DNA of 64,000 bases, from assembly GCF_001194135.2 (NCBI RefSeq), contig NC_068998.1, positions 5,767,183-5,831,182 of the forward strand, given 5' to 3'. The notes under the pieces are model-generated. The model saw nothing but the letters and a program-made list of their open reading frames with translations, was not told where the DNA came from and did not search any database. This stretch comes from Octopus bimaculoides. Lineage: Eukaryota. Below, in pieces: positions 39,901-50,092 of the stretch (within the stretch, counting starts at the first letter, position 1; each line of letters begins with the position of its first letter). Made by a program: the position numbers and the translations under genes.

Positions 39901-42900
39901 NNNNNNNNNNNNNNNNNNNNNNNNNNNNNNNNNNNNNNNNNNNNNNNNNNNNNNNNGAATGAGAGTTGCAATGGGATGCTGAATGTCAGATAATCAGTGT
40001 TGAATCAGAGATGCTGTGCCAAAAAGGTGGAACCAAAACAGTGGAACTCAGAACGTAAAGACAGATGAAATACCGCCAAGCATTTCGTTTCTAACGTTTC
40101 TGTTAGCTCACCGCCTTAATTCATTCTAAATATTACATCAACTTCTATGCTGAAAAATACCATATTTCAATCACTGGTACCTTTCATCCATTAGTACCTT
40201 ACAACACACACACATTCACATGCACACGCATACACACTTTAACCTGGATATTATAGAATTCATAGTCAAAGACCTCCTTCCTATTTTCTTCACATCGTCA
40301 ATGCTGCCATGATAGTAAAGATCCCTTGCCTTTACTCCCTACTAATTACCCTTTTTTCTTTTTTTCTTTTTTTTTTCCTTCTTTTCACTATCCTTCCCTT
40401 ACTAAAACCCTCACTGCACCTCATTGAAACCTTGCCTAAATTTGTTGTCCTTTAGACCTTCCATACTTTCTATTGTTTATTTCTGTTCCAGTGAAAGCCA
40501 TCTTTAAATTTATAATCTGCTTTTTTTTCCTTTTCTTTTCTCTTATTTATTGCACTTATTGGGCTGTGGCCATGCTGGGGCACCACCTTGAAGGGTTTAG
40601 TCATACGAATCAATGTCCATGCTTTTATTTTATTTTTAATTTTTAAAGTCTATCAGTTTCTTTTGCCAAACCACTAAGTTACGGTCAGACAAACCAAACA
40701 TTGGTCGTTAAGTTGAGTGGGGTGACAAACATAAAGACACACACACACACACACACAACGGGCTTCCACACAGTTTCCGACTATCAAATTCACTTACAAA
40801 GCTTTGGTCAACCTGGGACTATAGTAGGAGAGACTTGCCCAAAGTGCTGCACAGTGGGATTGAACCTGAAATTACATGATGGCAAAACAAGCTTAACTGT
40901 TCTGTCATGTCTAATGTGATGTGGTGGAGAGGATCAAGGGAGAGAGAGAGAGGTTCTTCTCACTTCAGGTCTAGGTTTTTTGTGTGGTTGTTTTTCTCTT
41001 CCTTCCCTATTATTGCCAGAAATCTGCTGCCCCTACTTGCTTTCCTGTCTTCCCCTCATTGTCATAAGACAATTGTCTAGCCCTGATGGTTATGGTTTTG
41101 CTTCCAAGGCATTTTCCAAATTCACTCTTGGAACTAAGGATGAGGCATTGATTTCTGCACCTATCCCTAGGGCTGCCCCACAAACAACATCCTCTGCGGT
41201 TTTAAACCTTTGTTGCTGTTCTTTTTTACCCTTCAGGTTCTGTAGCTCTTCTGGACAGGAAGCATTTAGGTGACTCTTACTTCCACATGTATAGCAGCTA
41301 GGCTTTGTGTTCTGAGCAACCAGTCAGTCACAAAGATCTCTATGACAGCACCCACAACAAGGCAGTACTCTGGAATCATTTTGAGGTCACAAAGACTTCA
41401 TCAGTGTTTTCACCAGCTTCATTTTCTTTGCTTTTTAACATTCATTTTTCTATACTTGCATGAGCTGGATAAAGTTTATTGGAGCAGATTTTCTATGGCT
41501 GGATGCATTTCCTGTCACCCCCACCCCAACTGTTCATTTCCAAGCATGGTAATATTTCTTCATGGCTAGTCATTGTTGTCGAATATAGGAAATAAATGAC
41601 ACTATTTGTATGACAGTGACAACCATTTTACAACCATCACATGGTGTCAACACATACTCACACACAGTGGCCGACTGGGTCTAAAAATATTGGTTGCCAG
41701 GAGACTAAGGGGGCCCACCTGCGACTACAATGCTATCATTTATTTATTTTTTTGTTAAAAATATTCTTTTCAACTGTCTACAAACACAGCCAGGCTGAAA
41801 TAATTAATGCATTCATCCAGGAGTGAATAAAAAATTCTCAAATTTGACGGGATGGATTCTAATGGTGCAGGGGCCCAATTGTCATGGGGCAAGCTGGCAA
41901 CCTGGCCAGTCTGCCACTGCTCATACAACATCATCATCATCATCATCATCATAATAATAATAATATCTAACGATTCTGCCAGCTCGCTGCCTTAATAATA
42001 ATAATAATCCTTTCTACTAAAGGTACAAGGCCTGAATTTTTGGGGGAGGGGACCAGTCAATTACATTGACCCCAGTGTTCAACTGGTACTTAATTTATTG
42101 ACCCCAAAATTGATGGAAAGCAAAGTTGATCCCAGCAGAAATTTAACTCAGAACGTAAAGATGGATGCATTTGTCATTGATCCCAGTATTTGACTGGTAC
42201 TTTTTTCATTAATCCTAAAAGGATAAACGGTGTAATCAGTGTTGATAGAATTAAGATGCTTAGCATCATTCTGTCTGGTGTGCTAATGATTCTGCCAGTT
42301 CACCACCTTAATAATAATAATAATAATAATACCCTACAATCTAGATGTATTGCAAAAGTCGGCATTGCTTGGAACTGCACGCATATTGCATAAAGTACTG
42401 TCTGTCTGAGGTCCTTGTTGTGACTTGACAAACAGTACAAACCCTCTGGTAGACACGATGTTTTCAATCATCAACCTCACGATATTGTATGCTGTGCGTC
42501 TCTAATAATGATGATGATGCCTGTCTGATTCCAGGATCATAAAGAAAGAGGAAGAAGAAAAAAATTACAATCCCTTAAAATTTGAAATAGGAAAAATTTG
42601 GAGCATGAGAAGAGTAAAGTGGGAGTGGACAGGTCGATTACATCACCCCCATTGCATAACTGGTACTTAATTTATCGACCCTGAAAGGATGAAAAGTAAA
42701 GTTGACCTTGGTGGAATGTGAATTCAGAACATAGACATGGACGAAATACTGCTAAGCATTTTGCCTGCCCAGCTAACAATTTAGCCAGCTTGCTGCCGTA
42801 ATTAATGATGATAATAATAATAATAATAATAGTAATGGCTTTGAATTTTCGCTCAAGTCCATCAATTTTAGTGAGAGATGTGGGGGTGGGGAGCACTGGT

Positions 42901-42956
42901 GGGGTTAGTTGATCACATCAAGTTGAAGTATTCGAACTCATTGTTGTAGTAGTTGA

Positions 42957-42990
<34 letters not shown>

Positions 42991-43166
42991 GTGATGATGA
43001 TGTTGCATCATGAATTTATCTTGTGTTTTTGTGTATTTTTGTTTTATTTTTTATTATCATTTCTGTTTGTTTTGGTCTCTTCTACAGGTACGGAATCCAG
43101 TACCACAACACGTCATCACTGCTTATAGATGTAGCTTTGGAAAAAGAAAGTTCTTTCACATCATAG
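19584..43166 (+). CDS. NAGS: N-acetylglutamate synthase, mitochondrial (vertebrate-type AAK + GNAT); spliced model join(19584-19852,23466-23613,24993-25109,25291-25404,26179-26300,26841-27063,32385-32465,32596-32695,34411-34504,35398-35475,35820-35904,36398-36492,37512-37565,43088-43166), 1659 nt = 552 aa + stop
   Basis: All introns are GT-AG and the phases join into one open frame. The translation carries vertebrate NAGS hallmarks: [57 protein letters not shown] (arginine site), [17 protein letters not shown] (acetyl-CoA loop), [16 protein letters not shown]. Family assignment is from recalled similarity to human NAGS, not a database search. The first exon is less certain. Confidence 0.93.
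21701..22108 (+). mobile_element. hAT (Buster/Charlie-like) transposon 3' remnant with transposase C-terminal dimerisation region
   Basis: 21701-21937 translates [77 protein letters not shown]; hAT-like end aaaggttgagaaacacag near 22091-22108. Confidence 0.75.
22869..23271 (-). mobile_element. SINE family A (tRNA-derived head, internal (TA/TG)n), near full-length copy; other copies or halves about 456-670(-), 6215-6310(+), 9670-9830(+), 12190-12390(+), 17830-18010(+), 20025-20180(+), 20440-20680(+), 28005-28200(+), 33120-33320(+), 33324-33457(-), 35610-35705(+), 40540-40900(-), 62130-62290(-)
   Basis: Shared head ggcgcaggagtggctgtgtggtaag...gggttcagtccc (A/B-box-like) and tail cagcatggcc.cagtcaaatgactgaaacaagt found repeatedly by eye. 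Confidence 0.85.
23466..23613 (+). CDS. NAGS: NAGS exon ([49 protein letters not shown])
   Basis: Acceptor ttttattcctgcag, donor GAG|gtgggt; DLRRFLSE matches the start of the NAGS conserved segment. Confidence 0.88.
24993..25109 (+). CDS. NAGS: NAGS exon ([39 protein letters not shown])
   Basis: ttcttccag / CAA|gtaagt; 117 nt, phase 0-0. Confidence 0.95.
25291..25404 (+). CDS. NAGS: NAGS exon ([38 protein letters not shown])
   Basis: ttctttacag / AAG|gtaggg; 114 nt, phase 0-0. Confidence 0.95.
26179..26300 (+). CDS. NAGS: NAGS exon ([40 protein letters not shown])
   Basis: tttttgcag / AG|gtcagt; 122 nt, phase 0-2. Confidence 0.93.
26841..27063 (+). CDS. NAGS: NAGS exon ([74 protein letters not shown])
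   Basis: tttattccag / CAT|gtaagt; 223 nt, phase 2-0; AAK-fold segment. Confidence 0.95.
27345..27765 (+). mobile_element. Repeat family B (ggtgcc-rich tandem 5' region, ttaggaagggcatccag core, (GAT)n tail); copies about 3115-3250, 10045-10230, 11670-12022(-), 18320-18535, 20195-20390(-), 21320-21500, 24799-24955, 33920-33975
   Basis: Shared block gtggttggc.ttaggaagggcatccagc...cccatgccagcatggaaa..gacgttaaatgatgatgat. Confidence 0.8.
31060..31400 (-). mobile_element. SINE family D (tRNA-like head; core gagaactacgttaagggtacacgtgtctgtggagtgctcagcc); other copies about 715-990(-), 10608-10790(+), 38860-38965(-), 52740-52815(-), 53545-53690(-)
   Basis: Repeated shared blocks (gtgacaaggctggcccctttgaa; gtgtcttgctcaaggacacaac). 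Confidence 0.8.
32385..32465 (+). CDS. NAGS: NAGS exon ([27 protein letters not shown])
   Basis: cattcaacag / CGA|gtaagt; 81 nt, phase 0-0. Confidence 0.93.
32596..32695 (+). CDS. NAGS: NAGS exon ([33 protein letters not shown])
   Basis: ttcttgcag / G|gtaaga; 100 nt, phase 0-1; contains the ELFT arginine-binding motif. Confidence 0.95.
34411..34504 (+). CDS. NAGS: NAGS exon ([32 protein letters not shown])
   Basis: catcctttag / AA|gtaagg; 94 nt, phase 1-2; AAK-GNAT linker. Confidence 0.95.
35089..35313 (+). mobile_element. SINE family C (tRNA-like head, Meta/MESC-like core, (ATT)n tail); other copies about 14895-15080, 15131-15362, 16850-17030, 18180-18310, 19180-19320, 22600-22795, 26595-26720, 41960-42310, 42630-42800, 46020-46235, 50830-51430 (tandem), 54845-55015
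   Basis: B-box gagttcaaattcc followed by gccgaggtcgactttgcctttcatccttccggggtc...aagtaccag, which resembles (from memory) the MetaSINE/Sauria core; tail ggccttgtgcct..agaaaggattattatt. Confidence 0.8.
35398..35475 (+). CDS. NAGS: NAGS exon ([25 protein letters not shown])
   Basis: tttgtttcag / GA|gtaaat; 78 nt, phase 2-2. Confidence 0.93.
35820..35904 (+). CDS. NAGS: NAGS exon ([28 protein letters not shown])
   Basis: tcctttcag / CAG|gtttgt; 85 nt, phase 2-0; YLDKF motif. Confidence 0.95.
36398..36492 (+). CDS. NAGS: NAGS exon ([31 protein letters not shown])
   Basis: gttattgtag / TG|gtatgt; 95 nt, phase 0-2; GNAT motif A. Confidence 0.96.
37512..37565 (+). CDS. NAGS: NAGS exon ([18 protein letters not shown])
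   Basis: ttcttttgcag / TG|gtaagt; 54 nt, phase 2-2. Confidence 0.93.
37640..37797. mobile_element. Degenerate hAT-like MITE
   Basis: Imperfect TIRs caagtatgggcatcctg / cagattgcccctgattg with ggcccacgggccg subterminal motif; possible 8-bp TSD 5/8. Confidence 0.35.
41665..41919. mobile_element. hAT-type MITE, 255 bp
   Basis: TIR CAGTGGCCGACTGG / CCAGTCTGCCACTG (13/14); 8-bp TSD CTCACACA / CTCATACA (7/8). Confidence 0.8.
43088..43166 (+). CDS. NAGS: NAGS terminal coding exon ([26 protein letters not shown])
   Basis: Acceptor tctcttctacag, phase 2, TAG at 43164-43166; length and W-Y-G...S-F pattern match the NAGS C-terminus. Confidence 0.88.
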
Positions 43167-43227
43167 GAGCAAGACAACGGAAAGGACAACAACACCAACA
43201 AAAACAACAAAGGCGAAAAGGAAAACC

Positions 43228-43233
43228 AATAAA
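43228..43233 (+). terminator. Candidate NAGS polyadenylation signal AATAAA (another at 43591-43596)
   Basis: First AATAAA 62 nt after the stop codon; the hexamer is common in AT-rich DNA. Confidence 0.25.
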
Positions 43234-43239
43234 GAAAAC

Positions 43240-43295
<56 letters not shown>

Positions 43296-43539
43296 CTGCA
43301 AAAGAAAAAAAACCCCAAAAACGTAAAGAAAAGGAAGAAACAAAGAATGCTTGATACAAAGAAATACTGCATTCTGGGAAATATCTTGGAGTTTTTGTTG
43401 TCTTTTTTGTTTATTGTTTTTTCCTTCCTACTTCCCCTTCCATGATGCTCCCACTGTCTGCATTATATAAGCAAAAATGTGTTGAGACATAACACACGCA
43501 TACATGAATATGTGTGTATGGGTGTGTAAATTTTATATG

Positions 43540-43571
<32 letters not shown>

Positions 43572-45023
43572 AATGAGGAGAAAAATTTAAAATAAACAAC
43601 CATAACAAGGAAACTGAATTATGGGAAATAACCTGTGTAGTTTACATATGTATATATTAAATATTTATGTATATACATACACATATAAATATATATATAT
43701 ATATATATATGTGATATAAATGTATATACATATCCATATAAATATGTAGACATCATCTATCTATATATATGTATATGCATATACATATGTATATACATAT
43801 CAATATATATGTGTATATATATATATATATGTGTGTGTAGGTAAATATTTAAAACACATGAGAAAAAGTGAGCAAAAAAAACAAATATTACAAAAGTGAA
43901 TTGAATTATGGGAAAATAATATTTCGTATTCCGGAATCTTTTTCTTCTTTATTTTTTTCTTTTTGCTTTATTTTTTTTTCCATGGTTCTCTCCTCTGCAA
44001 GTCACACAAAGCATGTCACATACACNNNNNNNNNNNNNNNNNNNNNNNNNNNNNNNNNNNNNNNNNNNNNNNNNNNNNNNNNNNNNNNNNNNNNNNNNNN
44101 NNNNNNNNNNNNNNNNNNNNNNNNNNNNNNNNNNNNNNNNNNNNNNNNNNNNNNNNNNNNNNNNNNNNNNNNNNNNNNNNNNNNNNNNNNNNNNNNNNNN
44201 NNNNNNNNNNNNNNNNNNNNNNNNNNNNNNNNNNNNNNNNNNNNNNNNNNNNNNNNNNNNNNNNNNNNNNNNNNNNNNNNNNNNNNNNNNNNNNNNNNNN
44301 NNNNNNNNNNNGCAACAAACAAAAATAACAACAACAGTATATAATGATAATAATAATAACAACAACAATTGATAATAATGATGTGTGAAGGAAAGACAAT
44401 GAACTATGGGATATAATGTGTTTTGGAATTTCATTTTTCTGGTGAACCTCTCTCTCTCTCTACACACACACACACACACACAAAAAAAAGTTAAAATGAG
44501 TAAATATATGAGTATCAAGGGTTAATGATGGAGAGAGAGGAGAGAGAGTAAAGAAACGAATTATTGATACTCTTTTGTGTTATACACTCTGATGTCTGTG
44601 TGTATATACATATATATATATATATACATACACACACACACTCACAAACATCAAAACGTGTAGCTACATATATATATATATATGTATGTATGTGTACATA
44701 TGTATACACACACACACATACAGATATGTACAGCACATATGTACACATACATACACAGGTACTCACACATGTATATATATACTCACAGGTACACACACAC
44801 ACACACGAATATATTATAACTATGCATGGAAGAATCCTTGGTAGCTGTGTTAGTCTACAATTATGAGAGAATCTAATGGTGAATTCTTGAACACAGACCA
44901 TTTTGTAAGCAAAGAGACCATTCAGATCCTTACACTGGATCATCAAAGTAAACCTTCTCCAAGGAGACGATGAGACACATTGGTGGTAACCATGTCATGT
45001 GAATATGAATATAACTATATGTA

Positions 45024-45075
<52 letters not shown>

Positions 45076-46363
45076 GTGCATGGCATAATGGTTAAGTTGT
45101 TGCAATCATGAACTCATGGTTTTGATTCCCAGAGTGGTGCTTTGTATTGCTATCTGACGCATGGCACACTTGTGCCATGCATACAGGCGATGTTGATTTG
45201 GTAGAAGGAACGAGGTTATTTGAGCGCAAACATTTGATCGTTATAAACAAATCATNNNNNNNNNNNNNNNNNNNNNNNNNNNNNNNNNNNNNNNNNNNNN
45301 NNNNNNNNNNNNNNNNNNNNNNNNNNNNNNNNNNNNNNNNNNNNNNNNNNNNNNNNNNNNNNNNNNNNNNNNNNNNNNNNNNNNNNNNNNNNNNNNNNNN
45401 NNNNNNNNNNNNNNNNNNNNNNNNNNNNNNNNNNNNNNNNNNNNNNNNNNNNNNNNNNNNNNNNNNNNNNNNNNNNNNNNNNNNNNNNNNNNNNNNNNNN
45501 NNNNNNNNNNNNNNNNNNNNNNNNNNNNNNNNNNNNNNNNNNNNNNNNNNNNNNNNNNNNNNNNNNNNNNNNNNNNNNNNNNNNNNNNNNNNNNNNNATA
45601 TATATATATATATATATATATACACATCTAGACACATATGCATTCACACATGCATGTATACATAGATACACACACATACACACGTGTTTCGTATTTTTGG
45701 ACTATTATAACACTCTCACTGTTACTACGGATGATTGGTTTTACATAAAACAATTCAAACTACAGATAACAGCATTCCCCATATATGGAAAGCACAACAA
45801 CAGCTGAGAAAACAACCTAAGGACCGTTACGAACTTTTATTGGTAGTGACTAACGCTTGTCTCTCCCCCCCCCTCTGAATCACACAGCACGGCGGGCAGG
45901 GGGCCACTGAAGTTGCTCGACATAGCGGTTGACAAATTCCAGTTTTTTTGTTCAACTCCGGGGTATAAAATATTAAAAAAAATATAGCATGAACTTCTTC
46001 CTCACAACAGCAACAATGATAATCCTTTCTATTATAGACACAGTGTCTGAAATTTGAGGGGAGGGGCACTTGTTGATTACATTGACCCCCACCCCCACCA
46101 TGGTTCAACTGGCACTTATTTCATTGCTGAAGGATAAAACTGACCTTGGTGGAATTAGAACTCACAATATAAACACACATGAAATGCTGCTAGGCATGTC
46201 GTTTGGTGCGCTAACCATTCTGCCAGCTTACAACCTTACACAACAACAACAATAATAATAATAACTGACTGACCCTTCCCCTCGAAATTGCTGGCCTTGT
46301 GCATAAATTAGAAACAATTATTATAAAAAGTTTTGTTATATAATATATATATATATATATACA

Positions 46364-46525
46364 CCGTATTTTAATGTGTATGAGGAAACCCTTAATTTAT
46401 GGGGCTTAAAATTTGTAAAAAAAATTTGTAAGGGATTATAATACTATCCACGTATAATAAAATCCCATATTTTTTTAACCTAATTTTTGACAAAAAAGGG
46501 GTTCCTTATACACGTTAAAATGCGG
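46364..46525. mobile_element. Tc1/mariner-superfamily (Tc2/pogo-like) MITE, 162 bp
   Basis: TIR CCGTATTTTAATGTGTATGAGGAAACCC / GGGGTTCCTTATACACGTTAAAATGCGG; TA on the right, CA on the left. Confidence 0.75.
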
Positions 46526-46912
46526 TATATGTCTTACTATGCCTCCACAGCCCTTTTGTGGGCCCCAAATTTAGCTGTACTATTTTTACCTTTGTAAATT
46601 TGACATGGGAGAGACCTATGTGGTCCCTTCTTCCCTTGGTGCCTGCAATAGGTGCTACTTTGTTTATTGGTAAATCCGGTGTTCAACATGCATGTACATC
46701 TGTGTGTGTATGTGTATATATATAGAGAGATACACACTCTCTCTATATGTGTACTTATATATACAGACATGTATGTAGTTATACACATACACTAATATAC
46801 ATGTTTGTGTGTGCGTGTGAAAGAGAGAGAGAGAGGGATGGAATGAGTTTCTTGAAAAAAAAACGTTTACTTGTTTACTACAGTAAATGTACATATGCTA
46901 TGTATATAGATA

Positions 46913-46964
<52 letters not shown>

Positions 46965-48071
46965 NNNNNNNNNNNNNNNNNNNNNNNNNNNNNNNNNNNN
47001 NNNNNNNNNNNNNNNNNNNNNNNNNNNNNNNNNNNNNNNNNNNNNNNNNNNNNNNNNNNNNNNNNNNNNNNNNNNNNNNNNNNNNNNNNNNNNNNNNNNN
47101 NNNNNNNNNNNNNNNNNNNNNNNNNNNNNNNNNNNNNNNNNNNNNNNNNNNNNNNNNNNNNNNNNNNNNNNNNNNNNNNNNNNNNNNNNNNNNNNNNNNN
47201 NNNNNNNNNNNNNNNNNNNNNNNNNNNNNNNNNNNNNNNNNNNNNNNNNNNNNNNNNNNNNNNNNNNNNNNNNNNNNNNNNNNNNNNNNNNNNNNNNNNN
47301 NNNNNNNNNNNNNNNNNNNNNNNNNNNNNNNNNNNNNNNNNNNNNNNNNNNNNNNNNNNNNNNNNNNNNNNNNNNNNNNNNNNNNNNNNNNNNNNNNNNN
47401 NNNNNNNNNNNNNNNNNNNNNNNNNNNNNNNNNNNNNNNNNNNNNNNNNNNNNNNNNNNNNNNNNNNNNNNNNNNNNNNNNNNNNNNNNNNNNNNNNNNN
47501 NNNNNNNNNNNNNNNNNNNNNNNNNNNNNNNNNNNNNNNNNNNNNNNNNNNNNNNNNNNNNNNNNNNNNNNNNNNNNNNNNNNNNNNNNNNNTATATATA
47601 TATATATATATTATAAATGTATGCATGTTTACATATGCAAATTCATATGTTTGTAGGTGAATGAATGTGTGTATATAAATATTTGAAAAAAAATATATAT
47701 AACTATTGATTATTGTTTCTGCATACCCCATGCTTCCACCGTTTTGGTGGTGTGGGGGGATTAGCAAAACTGTCTCAAATATCATCAATACCCACAAATC
47801 ATTATCATCGTTGTCATTTTTTCCCCCTTTTTGTCATCTTGTAAACAGCCTCGTACACAAAGGATAGAACAACAGCTAATCTGTTACCTACTTTTCAGTA
47901 TTATACACACATATCTATACAAACATGGACAACTGACATTATATGCAAACATATATATGTATATACACATGCACACATATGTATGTATACATACATATAT
48001 GTGTATGTGTGTAAACATATATATATACACACACACACAGGCATAGATAAATATATACACACACACACACG

Positions 48072-48123
<52 letters not shown>

Positions 48124-48267
48124 NNNNNNNNNNNNNNNNNNNNNNNNNNNNNNNNNNNNNNNNNNNNNNNNNNNNNNNNNNNNNNNNNNNNNNNNNNNNN
48201 NNNNNNNNNNNNNNNNNNNNNNNNNNNNNNNNNNNNNNNNNNNNNNNNNNNNNNNNNNNNNNNNNNN

Positions 48268-48318
<51 letters not shown>

Positions 48319-48399
48319 CATGCACTCCCATATAAACATAAGTGTACATCTATGCACACACACACAATTTTCCCTTTGATCTATAATTTGTAGGGAACA

Positions 48400-48920
48400 A
48401 GTTCCCTAAACTGGAGAATTAATTTGTGAAGTCATATTGAATATTAGAATTGACTGTAGATCTTCATATATTACTAGGATGTTAACTAAGAGTCTCAGGT
48501 ATTTATAGAAAGTTCTGTCTTTGAGAAATTTGGTGTGGTTTGCTAATGCAACCAATTAGATTCTAAATAGCCATGTTCTCTTGTAGAATGGTAACTTTCG
48601 TTTTAGAATTTGATGCGTGCTGTTCCAACTCATGCCAGCATTAAAATTAGATCTCAGATAAAGAAATGAAATGTTATAGAATGGAAGAATAACCTACAAA
48701 ATGAGGAGTTCCATTATTTGAGTGAATGGCATGTTTTGGTTACAGAGAAATCAGGTTTTGCAATACACCTTGAGAATTGGTCATAGAATGTTGGGCACTA
48801 TTAGAAAAACTGATTCTGATGTACAATCTTTTGGTTCTTCCTACTGGTTGTCCTTGAGGATAAATAATAGGCGATTACTATGGAATGGATTTTACTGTTG
48901 TCAAACCACAGCCGTCAGCT
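48400..48920 (-). mobile_element. Possible very old LINE APE-endonuclease remnant
   Basis: Only faint frameshifted echoes (STREHGYL/LVALAN, HKLILQF) of PTR..N.LDLV and SDH.LI motifs. Confidence 0.2.
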
Positions 48921-48974
48921 GTAGAAGTTAGGATTATAGGTTATAAAAGAGTAGATTTTATTGCAGAGAGAGAA

Positions 48975-48992
48975 GGGTTAGGGTTAGGGTTA
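48975..48992 (+). repeat. Short interstitial telomere-like (GGGTTA)3
   Basis: Three exact hexamers. Confidence 0.5.
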
Positions 48993-49589
48993 TGTTCTTT
49001 GAGATTTAACTTTTGTCTGAGCTACTTTCTGGAAATTAATATGGGAGAGTTTTAGAACAGAACAACAAAAAAAAGTGATGCTGCCTCTCACACAAGTTAA
49101 AACACCCGGTGTTACAGGTTGTGGACGGACTTTTGGTCTCTCTATAGATCTCTATCTGGCTGCACACATACATACTTTCATACACACACTAATGAAAGTC
49201 AAAAATCTAGTACCAAAGGTTTCATCTTGACTTTGTCAAAAAGTTTTCAACAGGAAACCGATGGTCCCCGTTTTTTGATTTAAAACCCATTAAAGAATCT
49301 TCTGTCCGGTGTCAAGCGCTTCTTTCAGTTTATTATTAACATACCATAATGATTTGTGTGTCTCTTTGTCTTTCTCTGCTGCCAATCTGTCTCTTTACAT
49401 ATTTATCTAAAATTTTGTTTCTTGGTTTACCTTCTCTATCTGTCTCCCTGTTTTTATCTATCTAGTTATATGTTTGTCTATCTGGTTCATCTATCTAGTT
49501 GCATAGCTCACTTTCTGTCTGTCTATATACATACATATGCACACATACAAATGTACAGACATATTCATATTGGAACAGAATCTCAAAAG

Positions 49590-49624
<35 letters not shown>

Positions 49625-50061
49625 ATCTATGTTCAGTTAATTGAAGGAAGGAAAATGAAGAGTTAAAAGTTAATAATTATTTATTATTAAAAAATTGGTA
49701 ATCTTTATTTCTTACAGCCATTTCCACTAGTGACCAACAAGTAAATCTTTTTCTCTGATGAAATTATGCTCATAACATATAAATGCAAATTTAAAGCATA
49801 AATTTGTAATTTACCTATTGGGCACTAATCGAAACAGCTCTAAGAAATAAAGATCACCAATTTTTTAACAATAAATAATTATTAACTTGTAACTATCCAT
49901 TTTTTTCCCTTCAATTAACTGAACATAAATTATATGCTTAATATATACCTATTTATTTAAGGAAATTTCATTTCCCCAAAATACTGGGTATAGAACCCGT
50001 GTTTCCTTGGATGTAACCATCCCTTTATGAGGTTAAGAGACGCTCTAAACAACTTATATAC

Positions 50062-50092
<31 letters not shown>

